Source: Candidatus Multivoradales bacterium (GTDB lineage Bacteria; Acidobacteriota; Thermoanaerobaculia; Multivoradales; Multivoraceae). Taken from it: a DNA stretch of 64,000 nucleotides. The position numbers and the translations under genes were made by a program. The notes below the pieces were generated by a model, which ran no database searches, was not told the DNA's origin, and saw only the letters and a list, made by a program, of their open reading frames with translations. The stretch lies in contig CBDCWI010000002.1 in assembly GCA_965223325.1 (NCBI GenBank), positions 1,120,001 through 1,184,000 of the forward strand. The letters run 5' to 3'. This document shows positions 57,301 through 64,000 of this stretch, one piece after another; the stretch's first letter is position 1; every line of letters starts with the position of its first letter.

Positions 57301-57842
57301 GCCAGTGCCGCGATCGCGAGGTGCAGGATGCCGGCCCGATCGGTCATGTCAGAGGCGTCGAGTAGCACCAGGTAGCGCGCGTAGAGTGCCGCTAGATCCT
57401 GCCCGGCCGGCCCGTCGAGCGTACCGAGAGCCTCTGCCTTGGCGTCGGCGAGGCGCAGCTCTCCGAAGGTGCGGTCGAGAGCCAGCGGGAATCCCGGCAG
57501 ATCGACCATCGAAGAAAGCTCTCGGAGGGCGCCCTCCTCTTGCAGCTGGGCCAGAGCGCGCACAGCCAGCGCGCGACTCGAGAGCACCGGGAGCGGTGAC
57601 CAGCCACGTTCGGCCAGCGCCGGTCCGGCAAGTTCATGTGCCAACTGCCACGGCGTATAGGGTCGCCACCCCCACAACGAGGTGTCGAGCGAACGAGTAG
57701 CCGCGCGCAGGAAGTCGTTCGCTGCTCGATGGGTCGGGGCTATGAGAAGTCCGGCCCCGCAACGCGCGCCGAAGGTCTCGAGAGCTGCCGTCGCGCGCCG
57801 CAGACGGTGGTCGGCCCGGCGGGAGAGGATGAGATCGAGCAT
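54363..57842 (-). CDS. addB: AddB nuclease subunit with Fe-S staple
   Basis: Inactive-helicase-like N-region, SPTAL...CPYRFF, RGSIDLVE...DYKTG and C-terminal CRWCDYRPVC. Upstream of addA. Confidence 0.85.
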   Translation of the reverse strand: MLDLILSRRADHRLRRATAALETFGARCGAGLLIAPTHRAANDFLRAATRSLDTSLWGWRPYTPWQLAHELAGPALAERGWSPLPVLSSRALAVRALAQLQEEGALRELSSMVDLPGFPLALDRTFGELRLADAKAEALGTLDGPAGQDLAALYARYLVLLDASDMTDRAGILHLAIAALAAAAKGQAGAGALSTGDLAHCPLIWLDAAPNGRLERQLLAALVIGRRAALSALPPYGSQREVLTSLGLDEFDPLGLTGEGSSDASGVPPESRLQRVQDDVFVPLSSAVASEEASAPDDTLVFFSAPGEGAECVEIVRRVQQLAAAGTPFDRMAILLRQPGAYRPHLEDAFRRAQLPAYWSRGTRRPDPAGRALLALLACASEGLTATRFAEYLSLGQVPQLEDGRPEEAPKVPFVAPVSEQLVLFADSEDEAPVAGGEALEHLDEELLAEELAADSPARAGTLVAPLFWEKALVDASVVGGSDRWRRRLTGRAAELERRARLVEEENELRAAALRRERQRLLDLARFALPLIGRLEGLPEGGSWGEWLSALEDLAVAALRFPRSVLALLKDLAPMSEVRPVSLEQVRQTLGDRLTELRAEPPRRRFGRLYVGSIEDAAARSFETVFLPGLAEGVFPRRALEDPLLLDQQRRRLEEDGIRLELQEDRIQAERQLLHLAVGAAEQQLVVSYPRVDAAEGRERVPSFYALDLLRAADGLLPKLDALARDAAEASARGAGWPAPEDPRSAIDEVEYDLALLRPLLRPLARGEDRAARREQTRGAGRFLLSSNRWLARSLRARAGRWRRGWFPSDGLVEPGAAAAVVLAGHRLSERSVSPTALQHFAACPYRFFLQAIQRLRPRDEIETLEAVDPLTRGSLFHDVQFKLFRELEASELLPVRTDNLDEVMARVDAVLDETAAEYEETLHPAIPRVWRTEVESLRSDLHGFVRYWEGEDWRWQPAYAELAFGLGPLEPGADGRDPASQPEPVKLASGVNVRGSIDLVERQAGGQRFRVTDYKTGRVTRVQARGRWVPIRSGDLRVAGGRVLQPVVYGLAAEAMLARTAGDEAPRQVDSGRLFYCTQRGGYEVVEVPLDERARSSFEKVTATVDDAIAEGFLPAAPDEGACRWCDYRPVCGPYEETRIAKKRRDELLPLVELRRLR

Positions 57843-57916
57843 GGGGCTGCTCTCTTCGTCGCGGCTGGCCACATCAAAGGCGACGATAGCAGGCCGGAGT
57901 GGGTACTCTAGCTGCC

Positions 57917-58783
57917 ATGGACCTGGTTTCACTCGCCGACGCAGCCCTCGAACCGCAGGCGGTTCGCCGCTACGCGATCGAGCTGCTCTACGAGAACCCG
58001 CCGACGCTCGATCTCGAGCAGGTCCGAACACTCGAGCGTGGAGCCACCGGCGATGCGGCTGCAATCGAGGTCGAAGTGGAAGCCGAGCGCGCCACCATCA
58101 CCTGGCGGGCAATCAACGGGGACGGAGCGACCGATCTGGGTAGCTGCGTCGTCGAGGGCTCTTCGCAGCCTGCCGACTCGACGGTCACGCTCGCTGCCGC
58201 CAGTCAGTCCTGGTGGTGGCAAGAGGCCCGTCAGGTGGCACCACGATGCCGGTTCGCAGTTCGCATCTTCGACCGTGACGCAGAGGCGATCGACCGCAGG
58301 GTGCGAGTCGGCCACCTGCAGGAAGCGGTCGCGACGATCCATCAGCATTGCCCGGCGGCAGCGATTCATTGGGTGCCGGCCCAACAGTTGATGGCGCCAA
58401 ACGAAGCGACGGCTGGTTGGCGATCAGACGGGTTCACCAACCCGATGCCTGGCGCCATCAACGTGCGCGCCTTCCGAGTCGGTGGAGAGCCAGAGGCGGG
58501 GGAAGCCGAGTGGCTGATGGACACGATGGGCCTCGCCGCAGTCGGACTACGGGATCTTCAATGTCACTTTCGCGGTCTCGACCCGAACGAGGTCAGCCGG
58601 TCGCTCTACAACACCGCGCTCTACCTGTGGGAGAAGGGCGACGTACTCGAAGACGGCCACACCGTCGAGGGCCCTCGACCCGACGACGAGTGGCGGTGCC
58701 AGCGTGAGAATGCCCGCGCCCAACCGCGACGCGCGGTCGTCGACCTCGACCCTGGTTTCCCGTTCACTGCCGGCGCCCACTGA
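57917..58783 (+). CDS. DUF4261-domain protein
   Basis: C-terminal MDTMGL...DLQCHFRGLDPNEV...GDVLEDGHTV...WRC...P.R.V.D. Confidence 0.7.
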   Translation: MDLVSLADAALEPQAVRRYAIELLYENPPTLDLEQVRTLERGATGDAAAIEVEVEAERATITWRAINGDGATDLGSCVVEGSSQPADSTVTLAAASQSWWWQEARQVAPRCRFAVRIFDRDAEAIDRRVRVGHLQEAVATIHQHCPAAAIHWVPAQQLMAPNEATAGWRSDGFTNPMPGAINVRAFRVGGEPEAGEAEWLMDTMGLAAVGLRDLQCHFRGLDPNEVSRSLYNTALYLWEKGDVLEDGHTVEGPRPDDEWRCQRENARAQPRRAVVDLDPGFPFTAGAH

Positions 58784-58811
58784 GGGGCCTCCCGAAAGGC
58801 GGCCAGGGGCG

Positions 58812-60152
58812 CTAAGGCTTCGACGAACTCCACTGCGTCGTGGTACCCGACTCAAAGCCATCCGAGTAAATCTCGCCGCCCGCGACGACGCGGTAGATCA
58901 CGCCACTCCGCTCGCCGAGTCCGCCGCGGTACGCCATGTAGACCGCACCGGACTGGCTCTCGCCGAAAGCCGAGATGCCCTGGCTCGAAAGATCCGCGAG
59001 CACATCGGTCGACCAGCTCCTGATCCCCCGTCGCGTCGACTCTGCGGCCCCCCAGATACGCCCGGAGCACCAGTCGGCGTAGAGGTAGTAGCCATAGAGG
59101 GGACCCGGGTTGCGATAGCGCACGCCCCCGATCACCGCGCAACCGACGTCGTGGTCGTACTCGAGAATCGGCGGATCATAGAGCGTGCCGGAGCACTGCG
59201 CCTGGGTCGTGCCGGGATCATCGGGCTCGCCGTTGCGGTCGTCGAACGGGTGGGTCCCCTCACACTCATCCCAGCCGAGATGGTCACCACCACTGCCGGC
59301 GGCAAGCAGGTTGACCTCTTCCCAGAACTGCTGACCGACGTCGGCTACGAAGAGGTCACCGGTCTCACGATCGAAGCTCATCCGCCAGGGGTTGCGCAGC
59401 CCGTAGGCCCAGATCTCGTCGCGGCCGGCGGGGCTGCCCTTGAAGGGATTGCCGTCGGGCGATGTGTAGGAGCTCCCACTCGAGGTGTCGATGCGCAGCA
59501 CCGCGCCGAGCAGCGTCAACGGGTTGCCGCCGTTTTCGTTGGGATCGCGGCTACCACCACCGTCGCCGAGCGAAACGTAGAGATAGCCGTCGGGCCCGAA
59601 GTGGAGATCACCGCCATTGTGGTTGCCGTCGGGTTGGTCAACCTGCAGGATGATCTGCTCACTCGAAGCGTCGGCCGCACGCGGGTCGTTGACGTCGCGG
59701 AGAAAGCGCGACACCACGGTGTCCTGCTGCGCATCGGTGTAGTAGACGAAAAAGCGCCGGTTGTTCAAGTAGTCCGGGTCGAAGGCAAGGCCGAGCAGGC
59801 CGCGCTCGCCACCCGGGACGAACTTGCTGCTCAGGTCGAGAAAGCTCGGGCTCCGGATGCGCCCGTTCTCGAAAATGTGAATCTCACCGGTTTGGGAGAC
59901 GATGAACAGGCGCCCGCTGTCGTCACCGGAGTGACGAATCGCGATCGGGCTCTGGACCTGGGTGGCCACAGGGTCGAGCTCGACCACGAGCTGCGCGGTC
60001 GCCAAACCGGCGTAGAACGCCGAGAACGCCAGGACGAAGAGGCTTGCAGCAACCGCACGAGGCTCTGTGCCACGGGTTCGTTCGAAGCCGAAACCGATGA
60101 ACAACGGGATTCGCAGGATCGGTGAATTGAACATCCAGATTCTCCTCGGCAA
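58812..60152 (-). CDS. PQQ-dependent sugar (glucose/sorbosone) dehydrogenase family protein
   Basis: Motifs GERGLLGLAFDP, NHNGG.L.FGPDGYLY, YGLRNPWR and DVGQ. C-terminal IYSDGFESG motif. Start uncertain. Confidence 0.9.
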   Translation of the reverse strand: MPRRIWMFNSPILRIPLFIGFGFERTRGTEPRAVAASLFVLAFSAFYAGLATAQLVVELDPVATQVQSPIAIRHSGDDSGRLFIVSQTGEIHIFENGRIRSPSFLDLSSKFVPGGERGLLGLAFDPDYLNNRRFFVYYTDAQQDTVVSRFLRDVNDPRAADASSEQIILQVDQPDGNHNGGDLHFGPDGYLYVSLGDGGGSRDPNENGGNPLTLLGAVLRIDTSSGSSYTSPDGNPFKGSPAGRDEIWAYGLRNPWRMSFDRETGDLFVADVGQQFWEEVNLLAAGSGGDHLGWDECEGTHPFDDRNGEPDDPGTTQAQCSGTLYDPPILEYDHDVGCAVIGGVRYRNPGPLYGYYLYADWCSGRIWGAAESTRRGIRSWSTDVLADLSSQGISAFGESQSGAVYMAYRGGLGERSGVIYRVVAGGEIYSDGFESGTTTQWSSSKP

Positions 60153-60348
60153 CGCATGGCGCGGTCTCTTCCCAAGGAAGAGTCGCGAGCTAGCGGATCC
60201 GTCGACCTGCGTGGTCGAGCGGATGGAACACAGACAGGTCCGAAACCGACCACTCCGGGTCGGTTCGGGGAAAGAAAAATCGCTCTAGTGCGATGATTCT
60301 ATACAAGCGCGCCAACCGAAGAGCAGCGCCCGGTGACGAGGGCTCACC

Positions 60349-61893
60349 TCAAGGCGTGTAGACGTAGGAGGCCTGGAGCCCCAGCGGAATGCCCAGTGCC
60401 CAGTAGATGATCAGGAAGATGGTCCACAACACCAGGAGTGCCACCGAATACGGCAGCATCAGGGAAACCAGGCTTCCGATGCCGGTCTTCTTCACGTAGC
60501 GCTGGCAGAACACCACCACCAACGGGAAGTACGGCATGAGCGGCGTGATGATGTTGGTGCTCGAGTCGCCGATCCGGTAGGCGGCCTGGGTCAGCTCGGG
60601 CGAAATCCCGAGCTCCATCAACATCGGTACGAAGATCGTCGACAGCAGTGCCCACTTGGCCGAAGCCGATCCTACGAAGAGATTGACGAAGGCCGACAAG
60701 AGAATGATCCCGATGACGGTGACCTGCGGGGCGAGCGCCAGGCTTCTTAGAAACTCAGCCCCCTTGAGTGCAATCAGGAGACCGACGTTGGACTGGTTGA
60801 AGGCGTAGATGAAAAGCGCAACGAAGAAGACCATCGCGATGTAGTACGCCATGGTTCCCATCGCCTTGGACATGCCCTCGATGATGTCGCGATGGTTCTT
60901 GACCGTGCCGGCGACGTAGCCGTGGACGACGCCAGGGATGATGAAGAAGATGAAGATGAGCGGCACGATCATCTGCATCAGCGGCGCCGAGAACGCCGTG
61001 ATCTCGCCATTCGGAGAGCGCAGCGCCGAGGTTTCGGGAAGCACCAGGAGAAAAAGCCCGACCGACAGGACGAGCATCGTCACCAGTCCCGCCCACATGC
61101 CCCGGCGGTCACGATCGGAAAGCTCCTGCATCGTCGGAATGTCGTCGGGGTCACCGTCGACCTCGGTCGCCGTCAGGCGCGGTTCGATGATGCGATCGGT
61201 GATGTACCAGCACACCAGAATCACCAGCAGGCTCGAGACGCCAGTAAACAGCAGGTTGCAAAGCGGGTTGACGAGATAGGTCTCGTTCGAGATCTGGGCC
61301 GCCGACTGCGTAAAGCCCTGCAGCAACGGGTCGATTCCCGAGGGGATGAAGTTGGCCGAGAAACCGCCCGAGACCCCGGCAAAGGCCGCACAGATTCCCG
61401 CCACCGGGTGACGCCCGGCGGCGTAGAAGATGACCCCGCCGAGCGGTATCACCAGCACATAGCCGGCGTCGGCTGCGGTGTGGCTAACGATCGCCGCGAG
61501 GACCAACATGGGTGTTAAGAGCGCACCGGGCGTGAAGGCGAGAAGACCCTTCAACACGGCATTGATAAAACCGGTGTGCTCGGCGACTCCGACACCGAGT
61601 AACGCGACCAGAACGACGCCGAGCGGCGGGAAGCTGGTGAAGGTGTTCACCATCCCGGCCATGAACTGTGCCAGAGCGGGACCGGTCAGCTGGGAGACGA
61701 CCCGAACCGGCTCGCCCGTCCGGGGATTGACCTCATCGAACTGAACCGGAGCCAGCACCGCCGACGCCACCCAGGTCGCCACCATCAGAATCAGGAACAG
61801 CACCGCCGGGTCGGGCAGCTTGTTGCCAACGACCTCGATCGCATCGAGGAAGCGTCCCAGGAGACCCGACGGGTTGGCTTCTTTCTTCGACAT
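60349..61893 (-). CDS. abgT: AbgT family transporter
   Basis: Motifs IEVVGNKLPDP, AGRHP..G, GSASAKW and AYRIGDSSTNIITP. GGAGG RBS before the ATG at 61893. Confidence 0.92.
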   Translation of the reverse strand: MSKKEANPSGLLGRFLDAIEVVGNKLPDPAVLFLILMVATWVASAVLAPVQFDEVNPRTGEPVRVVSQLTGPALAQFMAGMVNTFTSFPPLGVVLVALLGVGVAEHTGFINAVLKGLLAFTPGALLTPMLVLAAIVSHTAADAGYVLVIPLGGVIFYAAGRHPVAGICAAFAGVSGGFSANFIPSGIDPLLQGFTQSAAQISNETYLVNPLCNLLFTGVSSLLVILVCWYITDRIIEPRLTATEVDGDPDDIPTMQELSDRDRRGMWAGLVTMLVLSVGLFLLVLPETSALRSPNGEITAFSAPLMQMIVPLIFIFFIIPGVVHGYVAGTVKNHRDIIEGMSKAMGTMAYYIAMVFFVALFIYAFNQSNVGLLIALKGAEFLRSLALAPQVTVIGIILLSAFVNLFVGSASAKWALLSTIFVPMLMELGISPELTQAAYRIGDSSTNIITPLMPYFPLVVVFCQRYVKKTGIGSLVSLMLPYSVALLVLWTIFLIIYWALGIPLGLQASYVYTP

Positions 61894-62079
61894 ATCGAAC
61901 CTCCAGGGTCCCGCAACAGGGGACCCCGCCAAGAAAGTGACACAGCAGGGAACGGGAAAGCCTCGCCAGTCTACCTATCCACCACCGCGCCCCGTTCCCA
62001 GGCTCTACGCTGGCCGACGGGACTGGCTACGGGACCGCGGAAATGTCGCGTGGGCGCCTTACGGGACCCAGAGCTGGAC

Positions 62080-63183
62080 CTACGTGTGCTCGCCGCGGAA
62101 CTCGCGCATCCAGGCTGCCAAGCGCTCCACACCGGCCACCGGCATGGCGTTGTAGATCGACGCTCGAACCCCACCCACCGAGCGGTGCCCCTTGAGAGTC
62201 ACCAGGCCGCGCTCGGCAGCGCCCTCGAGAAAGCCACCATCGAGAAGGGCGTTGGCGGTACGGAACGTCACGTTCATCCGCGAACGGCTGGCCTTCTGGG
62301 CATGCGGCAGGTAGAACGGCTCGGGGCTCGAGTCTTCGTCGAGAACCTCATAGAGAAGCGCCGCCTTCCTCTTGTTGTGCTCGGCCATCGCTGCCAGACC
62401 ACCCATCTCGTCTTCCAACCAACGCAGGACCAGCAGGAACGCCCATACACCGAAGACCGGCGGGGTGTTCAGTCGCGACCCGGCCTTGGCGTGGGCTCGG
62501 TAGTCGAGCATTGGATGTTGCTCGGGGACGGCACGGTTCATGAAGTCGTTCTCGATCACCACTACGGTCAGCCCGGAGGGCCCGGCGTTCTTTTGTGCGC
62601 AGGCGTAGTACATCGCGTGGCGTTCGATATCCACCGGACGACTCAGGAAGTCCGAAGACGCATCACAGATCAACGGCACGTCGCCTGCCGACGGAAGGTC
62701 CTGGAACTGCACGCCCTGGATGGTCTCGTTGGACACGTAGTACATGTAGACCGAGTCCTCAGCCACTTGGTACTCGCCATCTTCCGGGACGCGCGTCCAA
62801 TTCTCGTCGCTGCCACTCCAGACCACTTCTACCCGGCCCTCGCGCTCCGCCTGGGTCACTCCCTTGCCCCCCCACGTCCCGGTGACCAGGTAGGACGCGG
62901 CGCTCGGCTGGCCACAGAGGAAGTTGATCGGGATCATCGAGAACTGCAGCTGGGCGCCGCCCTGCAGAAACAGGACCGAGTAGCCGTCAGGCACACCGAG
63001 AACCCGTCTCAGCCTCATCTCGGCCTCCTCGAAGATCTCGTCGCAAGCGGCCGACCGGTGACTCATCTCGAGCACCGACATACCGGCACCCGGCAGGGTG
63101 ACGATTTCGTCGCGGATCCGTTCGAGCACCGGGAGCGGCATGACCGCTGGCCCGGCCGAGAAATTGAAGACACGTTCTGACAT
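62080..63183 (-). CDS. serC: Phosphoserine aminotransferase
   Basis: Motifs FNFSAGPA, EMSHRS, NETIQG, AQKNAGPSG and GHRSVGGVRASIYNA. Confidence 0.96.
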   Translation of the reverse strand: MSERVFNFSAGPAVMPLPVLERIRDEIVTLPGAGMSVLEMSHRSAACDEIFEEAEMRLRRVLGVPDGYSVLFLQGGAQLQFSMIPINFLCGQPSAASYLVTGTWGGKGVTQAEREGRVEVVWSGSDENWTRVPEDGEYQVAEDSVYMYYVSNETIQGVQFQDLPSAGDVPLICDASSDFLSRPVDIERHAMYYACAQKNAGPSGLTVVVIENDFMNRAVPEQHPMLDYRAHAKAGSRLNTPPVFGVWAFLLVLRWLEDEMGGLAAMAEHNKRKAALLYEVLDEDSSPEPFYLPHAQKASRSRMNVTFRTANALLDGGFLEGAAERGLVTLKGHRSVGGVRASIYNAMPVAGVERLAAWMREFRGEHT

Positions 63184-63412
63184 GGAAACTCCTTCTGAAA
63201 CCGATCTCGTCGCGGGGCCGCCAGCAACAGCGACCGCAAACACCGCACCCGTCCTCGCCCCAGGCGCGCAAATCATAGTCGGCCAGCGAGAGCCGCGCGG
63301 TCGAGCGTCGAGGCGGCCCGAAACGCCTCGCGGGCTGCAGCTGGAATTGGTCCTCCTCCGACGGTGGTCGATGGCACCTTCTTCCGGCCCACCGCTTCGC
63401 TACCATCTCCAC

Positions 63413-64000
63413 ATGGAAACGACCTACCCCAGCGCCTGCCCGCTCGACTGCCCCGACAGCTGTTCGCTCGAGGTGTCCGTCGAGAGTGGCCGCGTGACAG
63501 GCGTTAGGGGCAGCCACAGCAATCCGTTGACCCAGGGGTTCGTGTGCTCGAAAGTCCGAAACTACGCTCGCCACACCTACTCTGACGCTCGCATCACCTC
63601 GCCGGGCCTACGCACCGGCCCCAAAGGAAGCGGCGCTTTTCGCGATGTCTCCTGGGACGAGGCCATGGCAACGGTCAGCGAGCGGCTGGCCGAGGCCGTG
63701 GCAACCAGCGGCGGGACGTCCATCCTGCCGTTGTCCTACGGTGGATCGAACGGTCTGTTGACGCAGGACACGACCGACGCACTCCTCTTTCGAAGACTCG
63801 GCGCGTCGCAACTCCTGCGCACGGTCTGCGCCGCCCCTTCGACCGCCGCCCAGGCTGCCCTCTACGGGAGGATGCCGGGCGTGGCGCTCACCGACTACGA
63901 ACACGCGAGGCTGATCGTGGTCTGGGGTTCCAACCCCTCGGCGACCGGAATCCACCTCATCCCGATCATTCAACGCGCCCGCCAGGCCGGGGCCCAGCTG
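63413..64000 (+). CDS. Molybdopterin-dependent oxidoreductase, N-terminal part; not in the ORF track because it runs off the window
   Basis: Hand translation METTYPSACPLDCPDSCSLEVSVESGRVTGVRGSHSNPLTQGFVCSKV gives the Fe4S4 motif; later SWDEA and IVVWGSNP. Confidence 0.9.
   Translation, partial: METTYPSACPLDCPDSCSLEVSVESGRVTGVRGSHSNPLTQGFVCSKVRNYARHTYSDARITSPGLRTGPKGSGAFRDVSWDEAMATVSERLAEAVATSGGTSILPLSYGGSNGLLTQDTTDALLFRRLGASQLLRTVCAAPSTAAQAALYGRMPGVALTDYEHARLIVVWGSNPSATGIHLIPIIQRARQAGAQL

Noticed and set aside
50675-57842. Anti-phage helicase-nuclease or Cas4-type system
   Set aside because: Gene order, overlap and motifs fit housekeeping AddAB; there is no defence-island context.
63184-63412. 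Riboswitch or leader RNA upstream of serC
   Set aside because: Only generic GC-rich hairpins are present; no aptamer consensus is recognisable by eye.

Overview
This is a high-GC bacterial window. The gene content suggests Acidobacteriota, probably Thermoanaerobaculia-like, but that is inference. From left to right: (1) 1-6343, the right end of a non-flagellar type III secretion (T3SS) cluster on the minus strand, in the order translocator-like, filament/tip-like, SycD chaperone, YscE/F/G-like, sctI, sctJ, sctK-like, sctL. (2) nth, a pectinacetylesterase-family lipoprotein and a NUDIX hydrolase. (3) A 22 kb locus (9112-31107) built from two paralogous Cys-paired Oar-type TonB-dependent receptors, five CRTAC1/ASPIC-UnbV beta-propeller proteins of two subtypes, and three paralogous exported TPR proteins; each receptor has a sigma54-like promoter. 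(4) A secreted PA-domain zinc peptidase that appears circularly permuted. (5) An SGNH-like/MBOAT O-acylation pair, followed by a ~4 x 256 bp structured tandem array anchored on a CTAG-bounded inverted repeat; a second, unrelated CTAG-bounded MITE lies next to tonB. (6) Mostly housekeeping genes: a TIGR01777 epimerase, an SDR, TonB, thioredoxin, a peptidoglycan-binding repeat protein, a DUF3524 glycosyltransferase, AI-2E and TauE transporters, a GGDEF protein, addAB (addA interrupted by a -1 frameshift at a G_GGA_AAA heptamer), a PQQ sugar dehydrogenase, abgT, serC and the start of a molybdopterin oxidoreductase. I saw no rRNA, tRNA, CRISPR array or transposase. All family calls come from motif recognition by eye; no database searches were run.
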